A stretch of 64,000 nucleotides of DNA from Coniocarpon cinnabarinum (GCA_051942205.1 JAVECO010000001.1:124001-188000), one strand, 5' to 3'. Positions 1 through 12,536 are shown, counted from the first letter of the stretch. A program made the numbers and translations. Notes: generated from the letters alone by a model not told the origin.

Positions 1-237
1 GTCACGAAGACTGAGGAGAAGAAAGAGGAAGATGAGAAAATGGAGGAGGCGAATGAGCCCGTGGAACAGGTCACCCCAGGTGATGACGCCAAAGATGAGG
101 CCATGCCAGATGCCGGAGCAAATGAAGCCGACGACCCCAAGCCGGCAGACGCGAGCGCAGACGCCGACGCCGACGCCGAAGCGCCCAAGGAAGACGGCAA
201 CAAAGAGAGTGCCGTAGCTGTCGAGGCAGCCGCATAA
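1..237 (+). CDS. 3' end of a gene entering from the left; acidic low-complexity C-terminal tail, product unknown
   Basis: Frame open from base 1 (VTKTEEKKEEDEKMEEANEP...AVEAAA) to TAA at 235-237; E/D/A/K-rich. Confidence 0.6.
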   Translation, partial: VTKTEEKKEEDEKMEEANEPVEQVTPGDDAKDEAMPDAGANEADDPKPADASADADADAEAPKEDGNKESAVAVEAAA

Positions 238-476
238 ACGCACACCAAGCACGCGCGAAGTTGAAGACATGAGAGACGGCGGGAAAAGTGATGATTGCTT
301 GTTTAGGATTTGGAGCTATTGCTCAATATCAATGGACGGGAAGGGCATTGCAGAGCTCGTCGGAAGTGATATATATATCATTCAGGAGCTCTTTCTCGTG
401 GTCCAAGGCATGGCGTTGAAGACGTGATGCTTAGGTCTGCTCTATCGTATCTATTACTTTTGGGGCGACTATCGAT

Positions 477-1229
477 CTAGAGATATCTGGTGTAGCCATG
501 GAGGAAATAAAATGTATCATTCAGCAGCTGGTCTTTCTTCGACTTACTTTCACTCGTGCCTCGCTGGATCCGTCCTATCGTCCTCGAGTACGTACGTACG
601 CAGTCTCCTCCATACCTGTGGTGCCTCTGCGCCTTCCTCACGACACTCAGGGAGATTGTTGCTGGCGTTTCTCGGCGATTTAGTGCTAAGGCTATATTTC
701 TTAACCCTATCGTTCCATGACTATTGATTTTGGATTTTATATCTTATAGATTGTCTTTGTCATACTTAACCTCTGCTTACACTTCTATTGAACCGTTGCT
801 TAGCCTTTGCTTACTCTCCTATTTCAACTCTATCTTGATCTTTGCTAAATCTACTGCGAATCCCTTAGTCAGTATTTGGTCAACTTGCTGCTCGACCTAC
901 TACTTGACCTATTATTTGACCTACGATTCGACCTATTATTCGAACTACTACTCGACCTACTGTTCGACCTACTGTTCAACCTACTGCTCGACCTACTATT
1001 CAACCTGCTGTTCAACCTACTATTCAACCTGCTATTTAACCTACTATTCAACCTGCTGTTCAACCTACTGCCCAACCTCCTGTCCAACCTCCTGTCCAAC
1101 CTACCGTTCAACCTCCTGCTCCACCCACTGCTCCGCCCACAATCCAAACTCTGCTCACCACTGCTCGCTCCCTCGATGCCTCGCGCGGTTTCCCGGTAAC
1201 ATTGCAGGCCTCGAATCCGTAATAGACAT
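477..1229 (-). pseudogene. RIP-inactivated gene for a (VEQQ)n coiled-coil protein
   Basis: One minus frame from ATG 1229 (MSITDSRPAM...) to TAG 477 reads ...WVEQEVERxVGQEVGQEVGQxVEQQVExx...VEQQVDQILTKGFAVDLAKIKIELK...; about 25 in-frame stops, all but one TAG/TAA, and within the repeat they sit at Gln (CAG/CAA) positions; no frameshift; CTAAC...AAG acceptor just upstream. Confidence 0.7.
881..1132. repeat. 12-bp tandem repeat, about 21 units (consensus near CAACCTRCTRTT)
   Basis: Units read directly, e.g. CGACCTACTGTT, CAACCTGCTGTT, CAACCTACTATT; most differences are transitions. Confidence 0.95.
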
Positions 1230-2078
1230 TGAGACGTGATAGCTTGAGATGTCATGTTAGCACCTAGGCTTCGTGCTTGTGATGCCGTGCCTCCATCCAT
1301 TCGCAATCAGCTCTTAAAATCAGCTCTCAAATCAGCCTTCAGATGAGAAGACGAAGATATGGTTAGTGTACTAATACGAATCAGCGGAACGCTTTGCATC
1401 ACATGGTTGCTCATCACTGTGATGTGAGCCACTGTGATGTAGTGAGCGACGCACGATATGACAAGCCACTCATGACATGACAAGCTATGGTTTTGGAAAG
1501 CAGCGGCAGCGCTTCTCAGCTTCCACCCGTCAGACTTTCACTATTAAGTCTTAGCCTTTAATATGAGGGCAAATTATCGTTGAACCACAATTTACTGACA
1601 TCACTGGATCGTACCAGCACTGGCGGTGTCTTAACTCTGGGTGAACAGCGTGACTGGGACGCAGAGTTGTGAGAATCAAGCGAGCGAATATGAGAGAGGA
1701 GGGATGGGAAAGGAAAGGGGATACTTGAATGTACGTCTTGAGCGATTTGAATCATGACAATAGAAAAATGGAAGGAAGTGGTCTTCTTTTTCTCAATGAG
1801 TTGCCGCGTTCCCGTCCTGAGAGTCGGTTGAGTTGGATCTTCACACAATTGAGTATGATTTTCACTAAGGGGGTTGTTTTGAAAAATCAGTGGATCAAAA
1901 AGGGCACAGGATATAGATGAAGTAAAATATGGCATTTTTGCTAGTTGGTCCCGCACTTCTGACCGTTGGCGAAGTATTCGCAATGACGATCCTAATGTGC
2001 GGTGCGGTCCAGCTTCAGGACTCGTGCGACTCCATCAACCACCCACTCAACTCAACTCAACTCAACTCATCCTCCGTC

Positions 2079-4312
2079 TCAGCTCCGCTTAGCTTCCGCC
2101 ATCGCCGTCCGTACCATCCGCTCCCCACTCACCACACCCGTCGTGGCAATCACAATCCGTCGCCTCTCCTCTTTTTGCCGGGCAATAAACCGCAAAGCCG
2201 CCACCTCCGCAAACGTCACGCCCCCCAAAAAGAAAACAACCGTTGTTTTCTTCCCGCCCCGTCCTTCAAGGACTTGCTTCGCTTTCGCCGACTTGGCTGG
2301 ATGAGTTTGCGTTTCGTCGACGGTCGGTCCCTTGACGTTGACTAGGACGTTTTCGAAGGAGCGCCAGCCTGTCGAGGCGTCGGAGACGCTCGTGGAGGTT
2401 GTGAGGGAAGGTGTGTTTGAGCTGCGCAGGGATTGGAGATATGGTTTTTGGAGGACGCATTGCACGAGCCTGATCGAGAGGGGTGCGTAGCCGGAGTAGA
2501 CATAGGAGATGTCCTTTGGATCTTGCTCCGAGACGTCATCGATGATGAGGCCGAGGGGTCGACGGAGGGAGGAGTAATTCGTGCTTGTGTTTTGGGGTGT
2601 GGAGGTCGCACTGGGCAGACCGAATGCTCCGGAACCTTGTCGCATTGTGAGGAGGCCGATTGATTCCAAGGCTGTCAATGTGAGGATATGCTCGTGACCG
2701 TAGGCTTGGACGACTTGTCGTCGTAGGCTGTCGAAGGCCTTTTGCGGGAGCCCGCCGTTCAAGGTGCTAGTGAGACACAGGAGTCTTAGCACAATTTCAA
2801 TGGGTGCATCTCTCGCCATCAGCTCCTCGATCGTCTCTTGCACGCCGCTCACGTCCGCGCCTGCGACAAGATTCTGCTGCACTTCCAGGTCTTTCCTGAA
2901 TTCGTCTTTTCTGGTCCGTTTCAAGACTTCTTCAGCCAAAGACGTATGAATCTTGAGGCTTTGGTGCTCGGCTTGGTAACCAGGCAAGCGGGAGACAAAG
3001 TCACGCAACTCAGCTGTCGATTTCTGCCCATGCCGCTCAGAGTAGTCAGATTGCAGACGTCGGGCTACGCGATTAAGCAGAGAGCCGACAATGGCGAAGT
3101 TGGCGTCGCGGAGAGACGAGTAGAGAGGGTCTGAAGCATCTAGACGGATTTTGCGCTTGAGGTTTTGGTGGGCGAATGGTTGCTGTTGGTGCTGTTGCTG
3201 GGACGAGGATTCAGAAGCGGAACCAATGATGGAGGTATCGATTTCTGCCTGGGAGCGCGTGATGCCGAATAATTCATCAATGAGTCCCTCGTACGTGAGT
3301 TGCGTCAGTAGTGGCGACGAGAAATCAGTGGAGCGGTCAATGACGAGGAGGGTGTCGATGTCTGAAGAAGGCATGGCTGATTTGGGAGGGACGCTCGTGC
3401 TGTCAGAGCTATTCGAGGCGAGTTGAGAGGACTGCATTTTCTTGAGGAGGTTGATGAGTGTACGGGTATGCTCGCCCTTACCAAGGAGGCGCGGGAAGAG
3501 ACCGTGCTGGGACTGGATTGTCATGAGCGCGAGTGCCGCTGTATGGACAGGTGTAGGATCCTTGCGGAGGTAGAGATCTGTGAACGCATCGTCGAGCTCA
3601 AGGGATAATAGGTCAGGCTCGAGTGATTGAAAGAGCAGAGGAAACTCTCCAACATGGACCTCTCCCAGGATACCGGCTTCTTCAAAAAGCGAAGAAGCGA
3701 GGAGGGTCTTTCTCGGGACCCAAAAGACGTGAAAGTCATGATTGATTTGCGAGCTTTGCTGCAGACGTTTGAGTTGGGCTGGTACAGGCTGTCAGCATGC
3801 AGAGAGGGAGCGTCGTTGCATTGGTAAAAGGGCGCAACGCCGAAACAGGCATGCTTCTTCTTCATAGCTCTCTCTAGGAATCAATACTGGCTGGAAAGGA
3901 ACAGCAAAAACTCCATCAAGCCTACTTTGAGATTCCAGCATTTCTTTTTGAAAGAAGATTTGGGATAGGAAAATGAGGGCTTACTCGCTACGGCTTGGAT
4001 CTGCTTCGGCTTCTCCCCATGGGCCATGAACAATACATTCTTCTGCGATGAATCGACGTTTTCTCGCTCGAGGAGGAAGATACGATCGACGCCATATTCC
4101 TGAAGCGTGGAGAACTTGACGAGGAGTTCTATGCGCCCGACAAGCGATTGCTGCAAGACTAGGTTCTTCTTGCCTGGTACCTACTCACTGCTATTAGCAA
4201 CGATCAAGGTATTCAGAATTTGCTGTGAAGGTCTTACACTCTCAAGCAGCGACAGAAGATCCTTCCGGGCCTTTTCTGAGAAGGACGAGGTATCAAAAAC
4301 ACCTCGTGCCAT
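2079..4312 (-). CDS. VPS33: Vacuolar protein sorting Sec1/Munc18-family protein Vps33 (2 introns)
   Basis: MARGVFDTSSFSEKARKDLLSLLES/VPGKKNLVL; FWVPRKTL; LLVIDRSTDFSSPLLTQLTYEGLIDE; DISYVYSGYAPLSIRLVQ; VVFFLGGVTFAEVAALRF. Confidence 0.95.
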
Positions 4313-4452
4313 AAGGTATCGCAGCGACGGTGTGAGAGCACATGCAAGTAGCAAGAAGTGAAGATGCCGCCCCTGTTGCGAATGACTCGATGTGACAGCT
4401 TTCACAAGCTTCTGAGATCACTTGAGGAAGGAAGATTTTCTATAAAAAGTGA

Positions 4453-6205
4453 ATGATACCCCTGTGTGCTCGATTTCGTACTACTCGCCTGATTCCCTCA
4501 TATTCTCGGCTGCTACAACCTTGCTTCCTCATTCCATACCCTCATACTGGTAGAAGCTTCACCACCAGCGCGATAAGGCGCGCAGAAGACACAAGCGACA
4601 TGGCTCCGCAGCAGTTTCAGTTAAAGACGCCCAAGGGCACAAAAGACTGGGATGGTCGGGACATGGTCATAAGAGACAAGATCTTCTCTACCATCACCAA
4701 TGTCTTCAAGCGCCACGGCGCCGTCACCATCGATACGTCGGTAATCATGCAAGCTCCGACTTTGCTTATACGAGCACTGACAGCCGTACAGCCCAGCATT
4801 TGAGCTGAAGGAGATTCTTTCCGGCAAGTATGGCGAAGACAGCAAACTCATCTACGACCTCGCCGACCAAGGCGGGGAGCTCACGTCCCTCCGTTACGAC
4901 CTTACAGTGCCCTTCGCGAGATGGCTCGCCATGAACTCTTCAGTACAAAACATCAAACGCTATCATATCGCCAAGGTATATCGGAGGGATCAGCCGGCCA
5001 TGACGAAAGGGCGGATGCGTGAATTCTACCAGTGCGACATTGACATAGCCGGGACGTACGACTCCATGCTGCCAGACGCCGAGATCTTGCGTATCACTAC
5101 CGAGATCTTTGAGGACCTTGGCTGGAAAGGCAACTACACAATCAAGCTGAACCACCGCAAGCTGCTCGATGGCATTTTCGCCGTCTGCGGCGTTCCGCAA
5201 GACAAAATCCGCACCATCTCCTCCGCCGTCGACAAACTCGACAAGTCACCCTGGGAAGATGTTCGCAGAGAGATGACAGAAGAGAAAGGCCTGGACCCCG
5301 CTGTCGCTGACGAGATTGGAGAGTACGTCCGCTTAAAAGGCGGCGAGGACCTCCTCAAGAATCTTCAGGTGAACACCACCCTCACCGCAAATCCCTCCGC
5401 AGCTGCTGGCCTTCAAGAACTGTCCCTACTCTTCAACTACCTCAACATCTTCGACGTCACGAAAAAGATCTCTCTCGACATGTCTCTCGCCCGCGGCCTC
5501 GATTACTACACCGGCGTCATCTACGAAGTAGTAACAGAAGGTTCAGCACCTGGCTCCTCCGCCACACCCAACGGCACAGCCGACGGTGCTAAGCCTAAAA
5601 AGTCCTCCAAAAAACAGACTAAAGCCACCGCCGACTTCGACGAAGACCGTTCCTCCGACCCGTCCATTGGTGTCGGCTCCGTAGCAGCAGGCGGCCGCTA
5701 TGACGAACTCGTGGGCATGTTCAGTGGCAAAGGGCAAATACCCTGCGTCGGCATCTCCTTCGGCGTCGACCGCATCTTCTCCATCATCAAAGCACGCATG
5801 GCGGCGCAAGCAAATGTTCAAATCCGAAACAACGAAACAGACGTGCACGTCATGGCTTTCGGAGGCAAGGACTTCACCGGCCTAGTGGAAGAGCGAATGC
5901 AAGTGTGCAAGCGGTTGTGGGATGCCGGGATCAAGGCGGAGTTCAGCTGGAAAGTAAAAGCGAAATTGCAGAATCAGTTCAAGGAGGCGGAGCGGAATGG
6001 TGTGCCGTTTGCGGTCATTATGGGGGAGAGTGAGTTGGCGGAGGGAAAGTGCAAGATTAAGGAGATGGGACTGCCCGAGGGACATCCTGAGAAGGATGGT
6101 GTGGTGGTGGGTATGGATGTGTTGGAGGAGGAGGTGAAGACGAGGATTCGAGAACGGAACAAGGGAGTTGAGGAAGGGTTGGGAGGATTGAGCCTCGCTG
6201 GCTGA
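4453..6205 (+). CDS. HTS1: Histidyl-tRNA synthetase, probably cytosolic plus mitochondrial (1 intron)
   Basis: [68 protein letters not shown]-rich presequence before a second ATG at 4600. Confidence 0.97.
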
Positions 6206-6495
6206 GACTGAAAAAAGTGAAAGCTCCTCAGATCGCAAACTCAGTTCTACGACCTGCAAGCCACAAAGTATCGTGGCTGATGTATATGATACCAATCCTG
6301 ACGAGATGGACACGGGAACCAGCACGCCAATGATAGGACAGAGAGAAGAGCTACGACTGACCTCACAGGCGACAAGAAAGCCGCATGAAAACTAGATGGG
6401 TATTCATTGGAATCCAAATCATCACGCTATGCAACAGTGGTACCTCGACTCCAGACCTCACAGATGTTCGCTTACTTGAATCAACACGCACATCT

Positions 6496-8562
6496 TCAAT
6501 CATCTTCCGGCGTACCCACACTCTCATCGTCCTCATCAACTTCTTCAACACCATCGTCTTCATCCTCATCCTCCTCATCACCCTCCATCGCCTCATCTCT
6601 GTATTCTTGAGCACCAGCCACTGTCGAGTCCGGCGCTTCAAGCTCTTTGTAATCAATATACCACTCTTCCACCCATCGCTTGCTCGCGGGTAATTGATAC
6701 GGGTCAAAGGGGAAGTATGCCTCCAATTGCTGGAATCTCTGCGCGGTCAGGCCTGTCAAACTGGTCTCGCGCATTCCACTAGACCCAGAATCTTGAAGTA
6801 ACCGTACCCGCCGATTAGCTTCCAAAGCCGGGAAAATATACATGTAGTTCAGTACGAAGGCCACCTGAGCAAACTCCTCTACGATGAGTGGCGCACAGAC
6901 TTTGAGCGGATTGAACCGCGTCGCGAAGGCCAGCTGAAACGTATCATAGACATCTGGTTCCCAAACCAGCTCGCCGCGCTTGCCCGCCTCGATGAGGTCT
7001 TCGTCCGTTTCGTCAGATTCAGGCTCCTCAGTGAGAAAGTCACGCCAGCGGAAGCAGAAAATGTAGAGACATGCTTGCACGGCGGCGTAGTAAGAACCGT
7101 GGCGACGGAGGTCAGGTGCGCGACATGTGGACTCGTACTGCTTGCGGTAGGCGTTGAGGAAGCGTGAGAGGGCGTGGAAGGTGTAATGCGTGGTTGAGGA
7201 GGGTAGTGCTTTGGCGCGGGCGGTGAAGGAACCGAGGTAGGTGGCAGACGAGATGCGGAGGATGGCAGGGCGAGTTGGATCGGTGATGATGGACAGTAAC
7301 ATGTCGATGTACTGCTGCGCATAGTGTGGCTGAGTTTGCGCGGCGGTGAAAATAATGAACTGAGTATGTCTGGAGGCAGACGTTCGTAAAAGAGTGTTGC
7401 GGAAGTGAGCGAGGAGGTGGTTGAATGTCTGTTGTGATGTGTCGTGTGGCGATTTCGTGAGGAGTGGGTTGATGTAGATGAAGAGAAGATCAAGCATGGC
7501 ATCCAATTTTGCAACAAGGAGTCGCAAAGACTTAATACGTGCGGCTTCTGGATCATTGAACTCATCGTCTGACGAAGAAGACTCGCTTGCTTCCGTCGAA
7601 TCGGGGTCCTGCGCCTGTGAGGGGTCTTCGTTGACTCGGCGTTGCTCCAGCAGGATGTCAGTCATATCCTCCTCGAGGTCTTGAATGTCGAGCTGGACCT
7701 GTACATCGATCTGTACTAATTTGTCGAGTATCAAATCCAGTAGGTGTCCACGCAGTTCGGGCATGCTTGATGCTAGTCGCAAAAGATTTTGAACGTACTC
7801 CACATGGGCGCGTTTGGTATCCGTAATGAATGGGAAGGTGTTTGACAAGACACTACACAGCATGCTGGTCGCTGACGGTACCATAAAGACGACATACTTA
7901 ATACAACTGTGGACGCGGTCTTGCTGTGTCTGTCTCGTCAAGCCAGGGGTCTTTCGCACACCGCCTGAGCTGGTGCTAAGATGTGCGAAATTCTCAACAA
8001 GCATCTTCAACACTGCACTGACGTAGCCGCTCTGACTTCCTACAAGCTGAGACAGGAATTTTTGATATTTGTTAACAAAGTCGTCGTTGCGATGCAGCCA
8101 TTTCATTCGCAATGTAGCATGAACGAGGCCCGCAGAGTTCTTTTTCAGCAGGTTCGAATTACTGGCGAGCCCCACAAGGCATTTTGCAAGATAGCCTGTG
8201 CTAGGCGCGTCTTCATCATCCTCAGGTGTAGTAAAACATTGTTGGAGCTCTTCATATTCTGCAGTCTTCTCGCCCTCGTTATGCGCGGTTAAGGCATGGC
8301 GAATTTCGGCTGTCACCAGCGCAGTACTCTTTTCACTTTCCTCGTCTCTCACTACATGAACCTCTGGTCTTGGCACAAATTGGACTTTCTGTCTCTTTGC
8401 GACAGCGCTGTCTTGAGATGCTGAATCTAGTGAGCTGCTGGGACGTTTCTTGTGTGATGACTCTGTTGACGATCCACGTAGTATGCTCTGCGGGCGTTTT
8501 GGCGTTGGGAGTGTTGGCGACGATGACAAGATGGGGGTAGCGACAGGCATAGTCATTGTCAC
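6496..8562 (-). CDS. RRN3: RNA polymerase I transcription initiation factor Rrn3
   Basis: 688-aa ORF; LILDKLVQIDVQVQ, KLDAMLDLLF, SRHTQFIIF, YLGSFTARAK, YYAAVQACLYIFCFRWRD, NPLKVC, LEAYFPFDPYQLP. Confidence 0.95.
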   Translation of the reverse strand: MTMTMPVATPILSSSPTLPTPKRPQSILRGSSTESSHKKRPSSSLDSASQDSAVAKRQKVQFVPRPEVHVVRDEESEKSTALVTAEIRHALTAHNEGEKTAEYEELQQCFTTPEDDEDAPSTGYLAKCLVGLASNSNLLKKNSAGLVHATLRMKWLHRNDDFVNKYQKFLSQLVGSQSGYVSAVLKMLVENFAHLSTSSGGVRKTPGLTRQTQQDRVHSCIKYVVFMVPSATSMLCSVLSNTFPFITDTKRAHVEYVQNLLRLASSMPELRGHLLDLILDKLVQIDVQVQLDIQDLEEDMTDILLEQRRVNEDPSQAQDPDSTEASESSSSDDEFNDPEAARIKSLRLLVAKLDAMLDLLFIYINPLLTKSPHDTSQQTFNHLLAHFRNTLLRTSASRHTQFIIFTAAQTQPHYAQQYIDMLLSIITDPTRPAILRISSATYLGSFTARAKALPSSTTHYTFHALSRFLNAYRKQYESTCRAPDLRRHGSYYAAVQACLYIFCFRWRDFLTEEPESDETDEDLIEAGKRGELVWEPDVYDTFQLAFATRFNPLKVCAPLIVEEFAQVAFVLNYMYIFPALEANRRVRLLQDSGSSGMRETSLTGLTAQRFQQLEAYFPFDPYQLPASKRWVEEWYIDYKELEAPDSTVAGAQEYRDEAMEGDEEDEDEDDGVEEVDEDDESVGTPEDD

Positions 8563-8818
8563 ATGAGGATAGGTATTTCAATTCGTTCTGAAGGTCTAAC
8601 AATATGGATTAGAGGGGCATCTTAGTGCAGGAAATTTCGTAGGTGTCTTGTGCTCGATCTTCAAAATTTCGCGCTAAAATTGCTAGTGCAAAATGATTGT
8701 TGTACATCACCACCAGCTAGGAGAGGCAATTTTCATCTTCAATAGCTTCACCTTCAATTCATTGACACTTGTTTTTCATGCCCACCGGCCTGGTTCAGCA
8801 CTCCCCTAATAACTGAGA

Positions 8819-10108
8819 ATGCGCAGGCTCCAGAGCCTCCGGTTTCTACAGCAGAATCGGCCTTCGCGTTCCACCGCACACCAATGGCCACCATCAGCCA
8901 CACGCCCTTTCACGACTTCTTCATGCCTCCTCGCGGATGATTTCGATACAGAAGAGCCCACTCACCAGCCTCGACGGTCCGCCCCTCAAAAACGGGCGCT
9001 GCAAGACAAAGCGATGGACCTGATTTCCTCAGTCGATGACCAGCACACCTCCGACGACTTCGCCGAGGAACCGTCTTCATCCTCCCAACCCACCTTCCGC
9101 CGTTCTATGGTCGGCTCCGAGCGCCGTGACTTTGCAAGCCGTGGACAGGGAACCCGTCCTGCACCAAGCCGCAGAACAAGAACCACGCCAGACCCCCGCC
9201 GCAAGCGCGACGACCGTAAACGAAGGCCTCGAAACGACTCCGCTCGCTCTTCTGATCGCTTCGACCTCGAACCTCAAAATGACCAACAGATCGACCCAGA
9301 CGAAGCTTACCTCGAAGAATACCGTCATCAATTCCACTCCGAAGCGGAAGGCCGCGGCTACGAGCGCGTCTTCTTCCAGACGCGAGACCTCCTTGCCAGA
9401 CGGAAACAAATCGCTTCCGTGCTGAAGAAGCCGGAAGTCCGGGATAATCCCAATGGTGAAATGGCCAAGAGGTGTGAGCAGCAGATGCGTGAACTCGATG
9501 ACGGTATCAGAGATGCCTTACAGAGTATGCAAGACGCTAAGAACCAGGCATACGTGCCGCATCAACCCGCAGGCGTGGATCTCCCTACACTCAACAGGAG
9601 CAAACTAGGCGGCGCGGCGACAGGAGACGGCGGGGTCGGTAATGCTACTGAAGACGCTGTGCGGTATCTTGCGCATCGACCTGAGCATGTCTATAGAGAC
9701 CCCAAGCTTCTCGCGCGCCGACAGGTTTCTGGCGAGTTCATGAAATTCCAAGATCACACCGAGCGAAGACGAGTCCAAGAGGCGCTGCAGAATCTTGCGC
9801 ACGAGGAGAAGCAGCCGGAGTGGAAGAAGGCGGGGTTTGCGCCTCTGGAACCGGAAGCGCGAAGGGAGGCCGTGCGACGAATGGTGGCAGGTCGGAGTTT
9901 GGGGGTCGGTCCGCAAGAGGGGAGGCTTGTTGAGGCTGGCAAAATGGCGGGGCCTGGAGATGTGCTTGAGATGGCGAGACGGCTCGCGGGGAGCCAATAT
10001 CGGGGTGAGCAGACTGAGATGTTGTTGAAGGGTATTGGCGAATTATTACCACAGGGTGGGGGACAGCGGCCGGGCCAGCAAAGGCAACAGAAACAGGCGG
10101 AGACGTGA
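8819..10108 (+). CDS. Hypothetical protein, probably mitochondrial
   Basis: 429-aa intronless ORF; N-terminus MRRLQSLRFLQQ...RPFTTSSCLLA resembles a mitochondrial presequence. Confidence 0.75.
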   Translation: MRRLQSLRFLQQNRPSRSTAHQWPPSATRPFTTSSCLLADDFDTEEPTHQPRRSAPQKRALQDKAMDLISSVDDQHTSDDFAEEPSSSSQPTFRRSMVGSERRDFASRGQGTRPAPSRRTRTTPDPRRKRDDRKRRPRNDSARSSDRFDLEPQNDQQIDPDEAYLEEYRHQFHSEAEGRGYERVFFQTRDLLARRKQIASVLKKPEVRDNPNGEMAKRCEQQMRELDDGIRDALQSMQDAKNQAYVPHQPAGVDLPTLNRSKLGGAATGDGGVGNATEDAVRYLAHRPEHVYRDPKLLARRQVSGEFMKFQDHTERRRVQEALQNLAHEEKQPEWKKAGFAPLEPEARREAVRRMVAGRSLGVGPQEGRLVEAGKMAGPGDVLEMARRLAGSQYRGEQTEMLLKGIGELLPQGGGQRPGQQRQQKQAET

Positions 10109-10940
10109 AGAGAGGAGTGGAAGAGAGTACGGATCTTGTTGAACATACTCTTGAACGTTATAGAGTGTATACAATGTATAGAGGCGTCGACTCAACAGGG
10201 TCATGTACAATTGAAGTTCTACTAAGGACCCCTCTTGGACTGATATCTGCATGGGAGTCTCGCACGAACCGTAGCTTTATCACAGCAAATCCACATCCTT
10301 CTCATACAGTCTTGTAGTTTGTCAAAAGCCGGCATTTGCTCCCGTATAATGCAAACCTATCGGTATTCCAGATGTGATTTTGCTGTTCCACAGCCAAGCC
10401 GTGATACAGCGCAAAACAGCCGGAACTCATCAAAATTTTGGTGTAGCAATGCCGGCGCATCCTTAGTCGTGCGTTTTTCTTAGGTCCACTGCGTAGCAAG
10501 AGATCCTGTTACCAATTCGACTATATGCCTTGAACGAGAATCAAAATTTTTGCTCTCGATTTGCTCTCGGTGGAGTGCAAGCGGACACTCATGTCTGCTT
10601 TTCCGCTTTTTCTGCGGTGTGAGAGCCAATGGCCAATGAGCTGGCCGTTCGAATTGTGATGAAAAGGCCATACGATTGCTACCTGCGCTTTCGAAAATGA
10701 GGGCAGGCACAGCTCTTTGCTATCGTAGCTTTCTGTGGTAATTTAGGAAGTGAGCTGTACTCGATGGATTTGTGACCATATTCAACTATTAAATGACCCC
10801 AGCCTCATTTTCGTAGGCGACATGCTCCGGTTGCTCAAAGTTGTACGTATGCTCGTTGCATGGTGGGTGGCCTTTGAAGGGCCTGAGGCAGTCTTGCACT
10901 CGCTAAATGTACGGGAAACCGGAAGCCGTCGGTATGTCAA

Positions 10941-12536
10941 TCACCCAGCGCTTCCCATGATTAGTCCTTTCAACCCTCCCCATCGCTCGACTAAGCCCAG
11001 TCCCAAATGCCTTGCCGCAACAACGGGTCCGCTCTGCCAGCTATAGAGCTTGTGCAACTTGTCGCAAACGCCGAGCATGACGTGATTCTTTGCATACCTG
11101 TCAGCGCCATACGGTTCTAGACTGAGAGTGCTGCCAATGTCGCCGCCTCTTTCAGCAACGTCACCGATGGTTTGGGCAAGACTTTTCACATCCGCAAGGC
11201 CTAGATTGAGGCCTTGACCCGCAAGCGGATGGACAGTGTGCGCTGCATCTCCGACAAGGGCGACGCGTTCGCCCGTGTATTCGGCTGCGTGGCGCAAGCG
11301 CAAGGGAAAAGATGCGATACTCCCAGCCTGAACTCCCTGATCGCTTTGGATGACGCGCAAAGGCACTAATGACGGGTCAATAGGTGTGTGCTTCTCTCGC
11401 CAGGCCAGCTCGTCGGCTTGGCCAGAAGAAATGGTATGCATAAACTCCAGGTCTACGTGACTCAGGCGGAATGCTGCATTGACCATGGCCACAAAATCGT
11501 CGGCGCTTAGACTCTTCAATACTGAAGCATTTGCGGGCGTGGTGCTCCAAACGAGAGTCGCGAGGTTGTTTGGAAATGGCAGGAGTGCAATCGGTCCAGT
11601 GGGGAGGAAGCGCTGATACGCTGTGGCACTGTCAGGCGTTGACTCAAGTTGTAATGTCGCAACAACGCCGTGACGTTCGTAGTCCCATCCATGGGTTTTG
11701 ATACCCGCAAAGGCACGTACAGGGCTGTTTGGACCGTCTGCACCGACTAGGAGGCGAGCGGCGAGCTTTGCACCAGAAGAAAGGGTTAGAATAGGCCATG
11801 AGCTCAGATCGAAATGTTGGGTGTCGGTCCCAAGGTCGATTGACCCGACCGTTGTTGGTGAAAACAACGTTGTCCTTGAATCCGCTTTACCAAGATCAAG
11901 AGCTTGCATCAGGGCGCCTGTGATGTTATTGTTTTCTGTCATTGTAGCGATCGTTTGGCCATTGATTTGGTTTGGCACCGATGGTGGCATGAAAGGCAGT
12001 CCATTGGCCGACATCCAGTCGAAGTGAATTTGTTGACCAGTCACACCGTCCCAAACTGACATGTGCGTATAAGGTTGGGTCCTGGATGTGTTGACATGTT
12101 TCCATGCCCCAATATCTATGGACGAGACGATTACTAATGAAACTCATAAGACTAGACACGGCTTGCGAACCTTTCAAAAATGATATCGAAGCTGGCGTCA
12201 GCGAGCTGCAGCGGTTCGAATATTCATGTGAAGGTATATTCAGCTGTGCTTTGGCCGTCTTCTCGACGTTTTGCGATTCAATGAGTGCAACTCGAAGACC
12301 TGAAGTTGCTTTTGATGCTTCTAGACCACCTTCAGCCTTGCATCTAAAGTATAAGCACCTGGTAATTCCTTACTCAGTGCTGCTGCTAGACCCAAACCTG
12401 CTGGGCCGCCACCAACAATTGCTACATCGTAGACGTCAGGAAGCCCTGCAGTGGTTGCAAAGCTCCTAAGTTTGCTATGTGGCGTACCTGCTTGCAAGAA
12501 TCTTGACCATCCAATACAGCGACAGGCTGGTCGCAT
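10941..12536 (-). CDS. COQ6: Ubiquinone biosynthesis FAD monooxygenase Coq6 (introns near 5' end)
   Basis: YDVAIVGGGPAGL; NRCSSLTPAS; LLVGADGPNSPVR; AYQRFLPTGPIALLP; ALVGDAAHTVHPLAGQGLNLG. Confidence 0.95.

Noticed and set aside
881..1132. Possible CRISPR array
   Set aside because: Head-to-tail 12-bp units with no spacers, in a fungal genome.
724..1306. ORFs 724-1239 (+), 876-1199 (+), 869-1306 (-) with STYY/LLFN/SRLN repeats
   Set aside because: Alternative frames of the 12-bp repeat; the plausible original frame is the stop-riddled VEQQ frame.
2045..2068. (CTCAA)n microsatellite
   Set aside because: Ordinary short repeat in the VPS33 3' region.
3779..3985. Intronic snoRNA in the longer VPS33 intron
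   Set aside because: Only a weak ATGAAGA box C variant, and the CTGA is the branch site; no convincing guide.
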